NCBI GenBank assembly: GCA_965208105.1
Contig: OZ242318.1
Span: forward strand, 3,648,001 to 3,712,000
Direction: 5' to 3'
Length of the DNA: 64,000 nucleotides
DNA from: Candidatus Latescibacterota bacterium
GTDB lineage: Bacteria > Latescibacterota > UBA2968 > UBA8231
Each line of letters opens with the position of its first letter. Positions within the stretch are counted from its first letter, which is position 1. A program made the translations under genes and the position numbers. The notes beneath the pieces are model-generated. The model saw only the letters and a program-made list of their open reading frames with translations. It did no database searches and was not told where the DNA came from. Shown here piece by piece: positions 18,698 to 28,077 of this stretch.

Positions 18698-20944
18698 CTA
18701 TTGACCGGGCCAGTAGGTCTCGAGAATATTCCGGGCGGCCTCAACCTGAATCCCCCGTGAGATGAGACCATGGAGAGCCTCTGCCGCATAGGCCCTTTCT
18801 TCACCTGCCTGGCCGAACTTCCCCATGGCCGCCGCATAGGCCCTCTCCGCCTCCTTCACCTCTCCCTTGGCCAGGTAGGCCAACCCCAGATTGAACCGGG
18901 CACGGCTGTTGTCCCCTTCCTCTTCCAGCGCCCGCAGGCAAGCCCCGATAGACTCGTCCAACGCGCCCTCCCGCCCGAAGTCCAGCCCTATTTTTGTATA
19001 GGAGGCACTGCTTACCCCCTGGAAGTCACCATTCATTATTTCCCTATAGAGAGTGAAAACCGCCTGGACCTGCTTCAGGGTCGGCTCTTGGCTCATGGCC
19101 TTGTGGCACATGGCGATGGCCTCGTCCAATTTACCTGAAGCCAGCAGGACATTGGATGCGGCAATTTGAAGACCACTGGAAGCCTGGGAGTTGCGCTTGA
19201 CCGCATCTAAGGCGGTCAAGGCCGCTTCTTCCTTTAATCCCGCCTCGACCAACACCGCCGCGAGGGCCTCGTAAGTTTTCATCCTGGGGCTGAACTCCAG
19301 CGCGCGCCGGTAGGCCAGGATGGCCCCTTCAGGCTTCCCACGATTGCCCAATTGCCTGCCCGTGTTATGGTAGGCGTGTGCTATCACCTGCCTTGCCTGT
19401 TCCACTGCCTTTTGATTTTTGAACCAGAGCCAATTCCCTGTTTCTACTTCTATTCTTACATGGGAGCCTGATTTCATTAAAGAATCCAGCTTCCGCTGCG
19501 CCTGACTTTGGATGGTGGAGTCCGGCTGCATCGAGTCGAGCACCAGCTTGATGACGTGCAGATTAGGACCCTCGGGGAACGTCGAAAGCGCATCCTGGAG
19601 AATGGGCTCGACCTCGTCGGTGCCCAGCGTCTGCATGCACAGGCGCACATAAGCATCGTAGAGATTGATGCTTTCTGGTCCCTGGGCGATGGCGCGCTTC
19701 AACTGGTCGACTCCGGTCTCGATGTCTCCCCGGGCGATATAGTTCCTGGCCTGGCTGTACAGGGATGGAGCTTCGGCCTCCTTCAAGGAGAAATAACTCG
19801 AGATGAAAATCGCGCCTGCCATCCCCGGGTAGAGATAGCGGCCCCAGGGGCGCAGCCGCAGATTCACCGCTTCGAGGCCCCAAGAAAGCAGCAGCGACGA
19901 GCCGACCGTAGCCGGGTACAGATAGCGCGAGGGGCCTTCCGGTCGCCCGAGGATGATCGAATCGGTCAAGGGGAGAAAGGGGAGCACGGACATCAGAATC
20001 CACACCGAGCACGGTGCTTCCGGAACCCCCTTCCTGTAGATGAGCAGGGCGAGGGCTGCCAGTACCGCGACTCCGACCCAGAGTTCCCATGGTTGTTGCT
20101 CGTAGAGGCGAACGGGGAGCCAGTGGGCCGTGGTGATCATCCGGCTCAACATCCACAGAAGAAGGCTTCCCATTCCTGAAACGTAGATGAAAAGATCGTT
20201 CTCCAGGTAATGGCTGAATGCCCGCCACGTACTGTTTTCTCTTGGGGTGATGGCGACGATAAAGGCCAGTTCCAGGGCTATCAGGAAGAGAAGTGGCAGA
20301 AGATGGCGAGCTGCCGTTTTGAGCCTGCAGCTCCGCAACCAGGCAAGGTAGAGGCAGAAGGGCCATAGGAAGGCCATCGCTGAAAGAGCCAGGATGCTGA
20401 TGAGCACCCCGCCGTAGAATCCAAGCAGGTAGGGTATCTTCCGGGTGGACAGGTAGCTCAGATAGCAGAGGAGGGCCCCGAGGCCCCCTATCAGGGCAAG
20501 AGGGTACTCGATGGCCTGTATCCAATGGACCGCCTGGAAGTGGGCGACGTTTACCAGAAAGAGCAGTCCGCCCAAAAGACTCGATCTCAGGCTCAAGCCC
20601 AGGCCCCAGGCCAGGCGAGCCACAAAGATGGCCACCAGGGCATGGCAGGCAACAACCAGAAGGTGGAAGAATCCGGGGTCGTTGCCCCAGACGAGGTAGG
20701 CACCGAACTTGACCAGCTCGGCCACAGGCCGGCCGGAGGGCTGCTGCTTTTGAGCGGAGAAGAAGTAGGAGAAGTCTTCTCCGATGGCGATGTTGTCCCC
20801 AAAGGCCTCATGGTCGTCCATGCTGAGCAGGTGGTCTTTCAAACTGCCGAAATACAGGGCGGACAACAAAGCTACCAGGCATGCATACCCGGTCCAGATA
20901 ATCCGCCCGCTTGTACGGGGTGTTATTATAGAGCCTGGAAACAT
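18698..20944 (-). CDS. TMTC-like membrane protein: GT-C-type TM domain plus C-terminal TPRs
   Basis: First TM then LLSMDDHEAF, SGRPV, FFHLLVVACHAL, LFLVNVAHFQAVHWI, SRYLYP; TPR motifs AHAYHNTG...AILAYRRALEFSP and ARFNLGLAYLAKGEVKEAERAY. Start ATG 20944 (TTG 20974 possible). Confidence 0.7.
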   Translation of the reverse strand: MFPGSIITPRTSGRIIWTGYACLVALLSALYFGSLKDHLLSMDDHEAFGDNIAIGEDFSYFFSAQKQQPSGRPVAELVKFGAYLVWGNDPGFFHLLVVACHALVAIFVARLAWGLGLSLRSSLLGGLLFLVNVAHFQAVHWIQAIEYPLALIGGLGALLCYLSYLSTRKIPYLLGFYGGVLISILALSAMAFLWPFCLYLAWLRSCRLKTAARHLLPLLFLIALELAFIVAITPRENSTWRAFSHYLENDLFIYVSGMGSLLLWMLSRMITTAHWLPVRLYEQQPWELWVGVAVLAALALLIYRKGVPEAPCSVWILMSVLPFLPLTDSIILGRPEGPSRYLYPATVGSSLLLSWGLEAVNLRLRPWGRYLYPGMAGAIFISSYFSLKEAEAPSLYSQARNYIARGDIETGVDQLKRAIAQGPESINLYDAYVRLCMQTLGTDEVEPILQDALSTFPEGPNLHVIKLVLDSMQPDSTIQSQAQRKLDSLMKSGSHVRIEVETGNWLWFKNQKAVEQARQVIAHAYHNTGRQLGNRGKPEGAILAYRRALEFSPRMKTYEALAAVLVEAGLKEEAALTALDAVKRNSQASSGLQIAASNVLLASGKLDEAIAMCHKAMSQEPTLKQVQAVFTLYREIMNGDFQGVSSASYTKIGLDFGREGALDESIGACLRALEEEGDNSRARFNLGLAYLAKGEVKEAERAYAAAMGKFGQAGEERAYAAEALHGLISRGIQVEAARNILETYWPGQ

Positions 20945-20986
20945 ACGGGAACAGAAATTCAAACTAAGTCCCAACCCGGCGCTCTC

Positions 20987-21583
20987 TCAGGCGCTCAACT
21001 CGGGGAAGGTCCTCAGAAGAAGCGGAGCCATGATCCGCAGGGCGCGGGCCCGGTGGCTGATCCGGTTCTTGATTTGGGCGGGGACCTGGGCCATGGTCCT
21101 GCGCAAGCGGGGAAGGTAGAAGACGGGGTCGTAGCCGAACCCTCCATCGCCCGCCGGCGCCGTGGCGATGGAGCCGGTGCAGACCCCCTCGGCGCGGCAG
21201 GTCCTGCCGTCGGGGGCTGCGGCCACCAGGCAGCAGCGGAAGCGGGCGCTGCGGCTGCCCCCGGCCTCGGCAAGTTGCTCCAGCAGAAGCCGGCAGCGGC
21301 CCATGTCGTCCAGGCCGGGGCCCCCGTAGCGCGCCGAGTGGATGCCCGGGGCGCCGCCGAGGGCGTCCACCTCCAGTCCCGAATCGTCGGCCAGGGCGAC
21401 GAGCCCGGAGGCGGTGGCGAAGGCGCGGGCCTTGAGGGTGGCGTTGGCTGCGAAGCTTCCCCCGTTTTCCTCCACCTCGAGATCGAGGTCCAGGTCGCCG
21501 GGAGCGGCCAGGTCCACGGGTTGCAGCAGGGCGCGGAACTCCTTCAGCTTGCCGCGGTTGTTGGTGGCCACCAGCAACGGCAT
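20987..21583 (-). CDS. rdgB: Non-canonical purine NTP pyrophosphatase (RdgB/HAM1)
   Basis: LVATNNRGKLKEF, ADDSGLEVDALGGAPGIHSARY, GFGYDPVF, KNRISHRARA. Confidence 0.95.
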   Translation of the reverse strand: MPLLVATNNRGKLKEFRALLQPVDLAAPGDLDLDLEVEENGGSFAANATLKARAFATASGLVALADDSGLEVDALGGAPGIHSARYGGPGLDDMGRCRLLLEQLAEAGGSRSARFRCCLVAAAPDGRTCRAEGVCTGSIATAPAGDGGFGYDPVFYLPRLRRTMAQVPAQIKNRISHRARALRIMAPLLLRTFPELSA

Positions 21584-21596
21584 GCGCTGGTCCGGG

Positions 21597-22700
21597 CTAC
21601 TCCTCGGTGCCCGTGAGTTCCTCGATCTGGCGGTGGCAGTAGTCCCTGAAGCGGCTGTCCTTCATGGCGCTGGTGTACCAGCGCACGGCCTGGTCGACCT
21701 GTCCCGCCTTGGCGTGGGCGTCGCCCAGCAGCAACTGGACCGGGTGGAAGTCGCGGCGCAGCTCGAGGGCGGCGTTGGCGGCGGCGATGGCCCTGGCGTG
21801 ATCGCCCCCGGCCAGGTAGGCCTCGCCCAGGCGGTAATGGGCTTCGGGGTTCTGGGGGGTGAAGGAGATGGCCTTGCGCAGGTACTGCACCGCTTCACCT
21901 GAGCGGCCCAGGCGGATGAGCACGTTTCCGAGAAGGAGGTAGGAGTCGGCGAACTGGGGATCGACCTTAACCGCCTTCTGCAGCATCGGGAGGGCCTTGT
22001 CGAGGTCGCCGGTCGCGATGTGCACCTGGGCGAGCCCGACGTAGGCGGCGGCGTAGTCCGGGTCCACCGCGATGGCCTGCCGGTAGGCGGCAGCGGCGCC
22101 GGGGTGGTTGCGCCCGGCGCGGTGCAGATCGCCCAGGGACTTGTGCGGGTTGGCGTAGCCGGGGTCGGCCTCGATGGCGCGCTCGTAGGCCCTGCGCGCC
22201 GAGGCCGCGTCGTTGAGGCGGCTGTGGCACAGGCCCAGGTTGTAGAGGGCCCTGCCGTTTTGGGGGTTCAGCTCCAGGGATTTCTCGAAGGCGGCAATGG
22301 CCTCCCTGTACTTGCGCTGGCCATAGAGGGTCAGGGCAGAGTTCTGGTGCAGGACGGCCAGCTTGGCGTTGACGCGGTCGGGGAACATGCCCAGTTGCCG
22401 CGTTCGCTCCAGGGCTTCTATGGCGCCGTCGTACTCCTCCAGCTTGGCATAGGTCTGGCCGAGCAGGTAGAAGGCCTCGGCGTAGCTGCTGTCGATGGCC
22501 GTGGCGTGCTCGAACTCGATGGCGGCGTTGCGGTAGTTCCTGGTCTTGAGCAGCTCGTAGCCGATGCGATAGTGCTTGAGGGCCTGCTGTCTGATGTCCT
22601 CGGAGCTGTCCGATTCGATATGATCGATACCCTGGGAATGGACCTGGCCGACATGGACAGCGGCGATCAGGGCAAATGCGAAGAAGTGGTGGGTTTTCAA
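21597..22700 (-). CDS. Exported TPR-repeat protein
   Basis: TTG start with SD AAGGAGGAG; signal-peptide-like N-terminus; about 9 TPRs (AFYLLGQTY, ALYNLGLCH, AYVGLAQ, AHYRLGEAY). Confidence 0.88.
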   Translation of the reverse strand: MKTHHFFAFALIAAVHVGQVHSQGIDHIESDSSEDIRQQALKHYRIGYELLKTRNYRNAAIEFEHATAIDSSYAEAFYLLGQTYAKLEEYDGAIEALERTRQLGMFPDRVNAKLAVLHQNSALTLYGQRKYREAIAAFEKSLELNPQNGRALYNLGLCHSRLNDAASARRAYERAIEADPGYANPHKSLGDLHRAGRNHPGAAAAYRQAIAVDPDYAAAYVGLAQVHIATGDLDKALPMLQKAVKVDPQFADSYLLLGNVLIRLGRSGEAVQYLRKAISFTPQNPEAHYRLGEAYLAGGDHARAIAAANAALELRRDFHPVQLLLGDAHAKAGQVDQAVRWYTSAMKDSRFRDYCHRQIEELTGTEE

Positions 22701-22715
22701 ACTCGGGGCTCCTCC

Positions 22716-22946
22716 TTAATCGAGTTTTGCGGCGATCTCTTCCTCGGAAGGGAAGCGGCCTTCCTGCAGCTTGGAAAAGACGAGGTTGCCATCGACGGTC
22801 ACCTCGAAACGGCCCCCGTCCGAGGGGACCAGGGCGAACTGGCCGACGTCCTGCTTGCGCCTGTCGAGTATGTATTCCGCCAAACTGACGGCCTGCTTGA
22901 GGTAGCCTCAGGCGGTGCAGTATGCGAGCTCGATTCTGCTGGCCAT
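22716..22946 (-). CDS. Rdx (SelT/SelW/SelH) family selenoprotein, 76 aa, CxxU motif
   Basis: Absent from the ORF track. SD GGAGG, ATG 22946: MASRIELAYCTA-TGA(22910-22908)-GYLKQAVSLAEYILDRRKQDVGQFALVPSDGGRFEVTVDGNLVFSKLQEGRFPSEEEIAAKLD-TAA. Rdx hallmarks YCxxU, GGxFEV, VFSK, GRFP. Confidence 0.93.
22877..22891 (-). promoter_or_regulatory. Putative SECIS hairpin of the Rdx gene
   Basis: CCGTCA-GTT-TGGCGG stem-loop starting 16 nt after the UGA, G-first loop 22 nt downstream of the UGA. Confidence 0.65.
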
Positions 22947-23036
22947 TTCCGCTTGCCTCCATGGGGTGGGGTGGGAATTTCACAAGCCCGCGGCGCCTTC
23001 CGCAGGACGACCTGCCGGCGCCTGGGGCAGGTTGTA

Positions 23037-23065
23037 AAATTAAAGCGGGGCCTTCCCGTTGTCAA
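23037..23065 (-). promoter_or_regulatory. Sigma70 promoter for the Rdx-TPR-rdgB operon
   Basis: Minus strand TTGACA-17 nt-TAATTT. Confidence 0.6.
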
Positions 23066-23220
23066 AGGAGGAATGGGCTAAACCAGGCAAATGGATTATA
23101 TTTCCGGGACGGTGAATCGGGCCGGATTTCAGCCCTGCCCCGGTGCCGCCCGAGGGCGGCTCAGCGCCCACCGGGGCCGGGAATTTCATCCATTTATCAG
23201 GGATTATCAGGGAGTCTCAG

Positions 23221-24120
23221 GTGAAGATTGCAGCGGCGACAGGCGCTCTTCTGGCCGGGTTCGCGTGCGGGCTGTGCGGCTGTGGAGAGCCTTCGCCGGA
23301 ACCCTACATAGAGCTGCTCAAAAGCACCCACTCCGACGAGCGCGAGGAGGGGGCCTACGAGCTTCTGCGCCTGGGGCCCGCCGCGGTGCCGCGCCTGTTG
23401 GAGGAGCTGGATGCGCCCTCCTCCCAGGTGCGCTACATCGTCGTCCAGCTTCTCGGCCGTCTGCGCGACCAGCGCGCCGTGCCCTTCCTGGTCGCCGCCC
23501 TCGGCGACCGCTCCGCCGCGGTGGCGGGGAAGGCGGCCTGGTCCCTGTCCGAGATGCGGGTCCCCGAGGCCCTGCCGGCGCTGCTGAAGATGGCCGACCA
23601 CGGCACCACCGAGCGCCGCCGCCACGCCCTCCGCGCCCTGGGATTCTGCCACTCCTACGACTGGGAGCCGGTGCTGAGCTCAGCGGCCTTCGAGAAGGTC
23701 TTCGCCGCCCTGGGGGACACAGTGCCCCAGGTGCGCATCGGCGCCCTGGAAGGCATCCGCCAGTTCGGCTATCGCCGCGCCGCCGCCGAGGTCGTGCGCA
23801 TGTCCCGCGATCCCTCCCCGGAGGTGCGCTACGTGGCGGTGCAGGCCCTGGGCCAGATCGCCGCCGGAGTGGCGCCCAACGCCGAGGACCTGGCCCCGAA
23901 GAGGCGCAGGGAGGTCATCGCCGCCCTGGTGGCCGCCCTCGAAGAGGACCGCTACCAGAGCATTCGCACCGAGTCCATCCGCGCCCTGGCCCAGAGCGGC
24001 GACCTCGCCGTGGTGCCGCGCCTGGAGCGGCTGCGGCGGGAGGGAACCGAGGAGGACGGCGAGGAGGTGAAGTGGGCCCTGCGCCTGCTGCTGCAGGAGG
24101 GAGAGGGGAGCGGACCATGA
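23221..24120 (+). CDS. HEAT-repeat (PBS lyase-like) protein, probable lipoprotein
   Basis: GTG 23221 after GGGAG; signal ending LCGC; repeated VR..A...LG motifs (VRYIVVQLLGRL, VRIGALEGI, VRYVAVQALGQI). Confidence 0.78.
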   Translation: MKIAAATGALLAGFACGLCGCGEPSPEPYIELLKSTHSDEREEGAYELLRLGPAAVPRLLEELDAPSSQVRYIVVQLLGRLRDQRAVPFLVAALGDRSAAVAGKAAWSLSEMRVPEALPALLKMADHGTTERRRHALRALGFCHSYDWEPVLSSAAFEKVFAALGDTVPQVRIGALEGIRQFGYRRAAAEVVRMSRDPSPEVRYVAVQALGQIAAGVAPNAEDLAPKRRREVIAALVAALEEDRYQSIRTESIRALAQSGDLAVVPRLERLRREGTEEDGEEVKWALRLLLQEGEGSGP

Positions 24121-24998
24121 CCGAGATATTGAAGGTGGGTTTCCCATCGGGGAGCCTGCAGGAGTCCACCCTCGATCTGTTCAGGCGCGCCGGCTACCAG
24201 GTGGCGGTGGCGCCGCGCTCATACGTGCCCCGCATCGACGACCCCGAGCTCAGGGGCCTCATGTTCCGCGCCCAGGAGATCGCCAAGTACGTGGAGCGCG
24301 GGGCGGTGGACGTGGGGCTCACCGGCAACGACTGGGTCCTGGAGAGCGGCGCCGACGTGGTGATGGTCGAGGAGCTGGTCTACAGCAAGTCCACCTCGCG
24401 CCCGGTGCGCTGGGTCCTGGCGGTGCCCGAGGACTCTCCCGTCAGAAAGGTGGAGGACCTCCAGGGCAGGCGCGTCGCCACCGAGCTGGTCTCCGCCACC
24501 CGACGCTACCTCGAGGAGCGCGGGGTCGAGGCCGAGGTGGAGTTCTCCTGGGGGGCGACGGAGGCCAAGCCCGGCATCTCGGGGCTGGTGGACGCCATCG
24601 TCGACATCACCGAGACCGGCTCCTCGTTGCGCGCCAACCGCCTGCGCGTGGTCGAGACCTTGTTCGAGTCCGCCACCTGCTTCATCGCCAACCGGGCGGC
24701 CTGGGAAAACGGGTGGAAGCGGGAGAAGGCCTCCAACCTGCTGCTGCTGCTCAAGGGCGCCCTGGAGGCCGAGCCCAAGGTGGGCCTCAAGATGAACGTG
24801 CCCAGGGGCAAGCTCGAGGAGGTCATCGCCAGGCTGCCGGCGCTGCACACCCCGACCATCTCGAACCAGTTGGACGAGAGCTGGGTCGCCCTGGAGATCA
24901 TCGCCGACGAGAAAGTAGTGCGCGAGTTGATTCCCCGGCTCAAGAAGGTGGGCGCCACCGGCATCATCGAGTACCCCCTGAGCAAGGTGGTCTACTGA
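24117..24998 (+). CDS. hisG: ATP phosphoribosyltransferase (long form)
   Basis: LKVGFPSGSLQ, FRAQEIAKYV, DVGLTGNDW, RVATE, FSWGATEAK, DAIVDITETGSSLRAN, C-terminal regulatory domain. Confidence 0.95.
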   Translation: MTEILKVGFPSGSLQESTLDLFRRAGYQVAVAPRSYVPRIDDPELRGLMFRAQEIAKYVERGAVDVGLTGNDWVLESGADVVMVEELVYSKSTSRPVRWVLAVPEDSPVRKVEDLQGRRVATELVSATRRYLEERGVEAEVEFSWGATEAKPGISGLVDAIVDITETGSSLRANRLRVVETLFESATCFIANRAAWENGWKREKASNLLLLLKGALEAEPKVGLKMNVPRGKLEEVIARLPALHTPTISNQLDESWVALEIIADEKVVRELIPRLKKVGATGIIEYPLSKVVY

Positions 24999-26311
24999 TG
25001 CTCGAGGTCGTCTCCTACCCGGCCGAGCCCCCGGCGCCCAGGCTGCAGGCCATCCTCTCGCGCGACGGCAGCTTCCCTCCCCAGGTGGAGGAGACGGTTA
25101 CCCGCGTGCTCGAGGAGGTTAGGCAACGCGGCGACGAAGCGGTGGCCGCGTTCACCCGCGAGTTCGACCGGGTGGAGCTTGCCCCCGGCCGGTTCCGCGT
25201 TCCCGAGGCCGCCCTCGAGGATGCCGCCGCGGCAATGGAGGCGGACCTGCGCCGCGCCCTGGAGGAGGCTGCCGCCAACATCCGTTCCTTCCACCGGCGC
25301 CAGCGCCGCAACTCCTGGTTCGTGGAGGACGGGGACGGGGTCATCCTGGGACAGAAGGTGACCCCCATCGAGCGCGTGGGCATCTGCGTGCCGGGTGGAA
25401 AGGCGCCGCTGCTCTCCACCTTGCTGATGACCGCGGTCCCGGCCCGGGTGGCCGGGGTGGAGGAGATCTGCGTGGCCTCGCCCCCCGGCCCCGGCGGCCG
25501 CCCCCATGCGGACATCCTGGCCGCGGCCCACCTGCTCGGCCTGCGCGAGGTCTACGCCGTGGGCGGCGCCCAGGGGGTGGCGGCCATGGCCTTCGGCACC
25601 GAAACCATAAGGCGGGTGGACAAGATCGTCGGGCCCGGCGGCCCCTACACCGTGGCCGCCAAGCGCCAGGTCTACGGCGCCGTGGGCATCGAGATGGTTC
25701 CCGGGCCCTCCGAGGTGGTGGTGGTGGCCGACGGGGCGGCCGACCCGCGCTACGTCGCCGCCGACCTGCTGGCACAGGCCGAGCACGGCAGCGGCCTCGA
25801 GGCGGCCCTCTGCATCACCCCCTGCGCCGTGCTGGCGGACCAGGTCCGAACTGAGGCCGAGGCGCAGCTCGCCGCCTTGCCGCGCCCGGATGCGGCGCGC
25901 GCGGCCCTGGAGGCCTACGGGGCGGTGGTGGTGGTCCCCGGCCTGGAGCAGGCCATCGAGCTGGTGAACCGCATCGCGCCGGAGCACGTTGAGCTTCTGG
26001 TGCAGGAGCCCTGGGCCTGTCTCGACCGGGTGAAGAACGCCGGCGCCGTCTTCCTGGGCCCGGCCTCGGCCGCGCCGGTGGGGGACTACTTTGCCGGCAC
26101 CAACCACGTGCTGCCCACCAACGGGGCGGCGCGCTTCGCCTCCGGCCTGGGGCTGGGGGATTTCGTCAAGAGCACCAGCATCGTGGCCTACACCCGGTCC
26201 CGCCTGGAGCGGGTGGGCGAGCGCATCGTCAGCCTGGCGCGGGCGGAGGGGCTGGAGGCCCACGCCGGGGCGGTGCGGATGCGGCTCGAGGACGGGGAAA
26301 CGGAATCATGA
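24998..26311 (+). CDS. hisD: Histidinol dehydrogenase
   Basis: RVGICVPGG, VGGAQGVAAMAFGT, DKIVGPG, GPSEV, DLLAQAEH, APEH, GDYFAGTNHVLPT. Confidence 0.96.
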   Translation: MLEVVSYPAEPPAPRLQAILSRDGSFPPQVEETVTRVLEEVRQRGDEAVAAFTREFDRVELAPGRFRVPEAALEDAAAAMEADLRRALEEAAANIRSFHRRQRRNSWFVEDGDGVILGQKVTPIERVGICVPGGKAPLLSTLLMTAVPARVAGVEEICVASPPGPGGRPHADILAAAHLLGLREVYAVGGAQGVAAMAFGTETIRRVDKIVGPGGPYTVAAKRQVYGAVGIEMVPGPSEVVVVADGAADPRYVAADLLAQAEHGSGLEAALCITPCAVLADQVRTEAEAQLAALPRPDAARAALEAYGAVVVVPGLEQAIELVNRIAPEHVELLVQEPWACLDRVKNAGAVFLGPASAAPVGDYFAGTNHVLPTNGAARFASGLGLGDFVKSTSIVAYTRSRLERVGERIVSLARAEGLEAHAGAVRMRLEDGETES

Positions 26312-26901
26312 GCGACAGACGCGAGGCGCGGATTCAGCGCAAGACCGCGGAGACCGAAATCGACCTGGCCCTGTGCATCGACGGCGCCGGGGAGTCCAGG
26401 GTCTCGACCGGGGTGGGGTTCTTCGACCACATGCTCAGGGCCTTCGCCCGCCACGGACTCTTCGACCTGGAGGTCGCCTGCCAGGGGGACCTGGAGGTGG
26501 ACCCGCACCACACGGTGGAGGACGTGGGCATCTGCCTGGGCCAGGCGCTGCACCGCTCTTTGGGGGACAAGGCCGGGCTGCGCCGCTTCGGACACAGCTA
26601 CGTGCCCATGGACGAGGCCCTGGCGCGGGCGGCGGTGGACCTCTCGGGGCGTTCCTGCATGGTGCTGGAGGCCTCCTTCCAGGAGGAGCGGGTGGGGGAT
26701 TTCCCAACGGTCCTGACCCGCGAGTTCATGCGCGCGGTGGCCGACCATGGCCGCCTCAACCTGCACCTCGATTTGATCCGGGGCAGCGACGCCCACCACG
26801 GCATCGAGGCCCTTTTCAAGGCCTTCGGGCGCGCCCTGGACCAGGCCTCGCAGCGCGACGGCCGGGTCGCAGGCATCCCCTCCACCAAGGGCAGCCTCTG
26901 A
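26308..26901 (+). CDS. hisB: Imidazoleglycerol-phosphate dehydratase
   Basis: RKTAET, GFFDHML, DPHHTVED, PMDEAL, HHGIEALFKAFG, PSTKGSL. Confidence 0.96.
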   Translation: MSDRREARIQRKTAETEIDLALCIDGAGESRVSTGVGFFDHMLRAFARHGLFDLEVACQGDLEVDPHHTVEDVGICLGQALHRSLGDKAGLRRFGHSYVPMDEALARAAVDLSGRSCMVLEASFQEERVGDFPTVLTREFMRAVADHGRLNLHLDLIRGSDAHHGIEALFKAFGRALDQASQRDGRVAGIPSTKGSL

Positions 26902-26934
26902 GCCCCGGGCGGCCTCCCTGACCTGCGGCCGATC

Positions 26935-28059
26935 ATGAAGATTTGCCACCTGATCTACGACGACATGGGCAATCCCTGGCTGGGAGGAGGCGGCGCCTTG
27001 CGCGCGCGTCAGATCTACCGGCGCCTGGCGGCGCGGCACCAGATCACCCTGATCACCGGCAGGTACCCCGGCGCCCGGGCCGAGGAGGAGGAGGACGGAA
27101 TCCGCTTTCTGCGCGTGGGCTGCAGCAGGGGCTACGCCCGCAGCCGCCTGGGCTACTGCGCCGCCGCGGTTGCCTGCCTGAAGCGTCAGGAGTGGGACGT
27201 CTGGGTCCACGAGTTTTCGGCCTTCGCTCCCCTCTGGGCACCGCGCCGTCTGCGCCGGCGGGGGATCCTCTTTTTCTACCACTTCGTAGGCCGTCACGCC
27301 CTGGTCAAGCATCCGCTCGCAGGACCTGTCTCCTGGGCCGCCGAGCAGCTTACGGTGAGAGCCTACGGCCGCGTCGTCACCGTGTCGCCCAGCGTCCAGA
27401 GCCGGGTGAGTGAAGTGGCCGGAAGCAGGGCGCGGAGGGTCGACTGCATCTACAACGGGGTGGACGAGGGCCTCTTCGAGCTGCCGGCGGCCGAGGACGA
27501 CTACCTGCTCTACTTCGGCCGCACCGACGTGCACACCAAGGGCCTGGACTTGTTGCTGGGGGCCTTCGACCGCATTGCGCCGGACTACCCCCGGCTGGAG
27601 CTGAAGCTGGCCGGACGCGGAGGGGCGCGCCAGGAAGATCATCTGCGCCGTCTGGTGCGGGCCAGCGCCGCCGCTTCCCGGATCGAGGTGCTGGGCGAGG
27701 TGGACGAGGAGCGCAAGGGGGAGCTTCTGCGCCGGGCCCTCTTCCTCTGCACCCCGTCGCGCTACGAGGGCTGGTGCATCGCCGCGGTGGAAGCTTCCGC
27801 CGCCGGCAAGGCGGTCCTGGGCACCCGCATCGACGGACTGCGCGACGCGGTGAACGACGGCGAAACCGGCATCCTGGTGCAGCCCGAAAGCGTGGAGCGC
27901 CTCGAGCGGGGGATGCGCCGGCTGCTGGACGACGAGCCCCTGCGCCGGCGCCTGGGCGAGCAGGGGAGGATCAGGGCGCGGCGCTTCGACTGGGACCGGG
28001 TGGCCCAGGACCAGGAGGCGGTCTACCTGCGCGCGGCGGCGGAGAACGAGGGGTTGTAG
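26935..28059 (+). CDS. Glycosyltransferase family 4
   Basis: GGG N-terminal loop, IYNGVD, YFGR...KGLDLLL, PSRYEGWCIAAVEA, ETGILV. Confidence 0.9.
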   Translation: MKICHLIYDDMGNPWLGGGGALRARQIYRRLAARHQITLITGRYPGARAEEEEDGIRFLRVGCSRGYARSRLGYCAAAVACLKRQEWDVWVHEFSAFAPLWAPRRLRRRGILFFYHFVGRHALVKHPLAGPVSWAAEQLTVRAYGRVVTVSPSVQSRVSEVAGSRARRVDCIYNGVDEGLFELPAAEDDYLLYFGRTDVHTKGLDLLLGAFDRIAPDYPRLELKLAGRGGARQEDHLRRLVRASAAASRIEVLGEVDEERKGELLRRALFLCTPSRYEGWCIAAVEASAAGKAVLGTRIDGLRDAVNDGETGILVQPESVERLERGMRRLLDDEPLRRRLGEQGRIRARRFDWDRVAQDQEAVYLRAAAENEGL

Positions 28060-28077
28060 GACCTGAGGAAGCAGCCC

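Noticed and set aside
23091-24998. 635-aa extended HisG, and 532-aa HisD from 24713
   Set aside because: The extensions are off-frame readings of upstream genes; true starts are 24117 and 24998 with stop/start overlaps.
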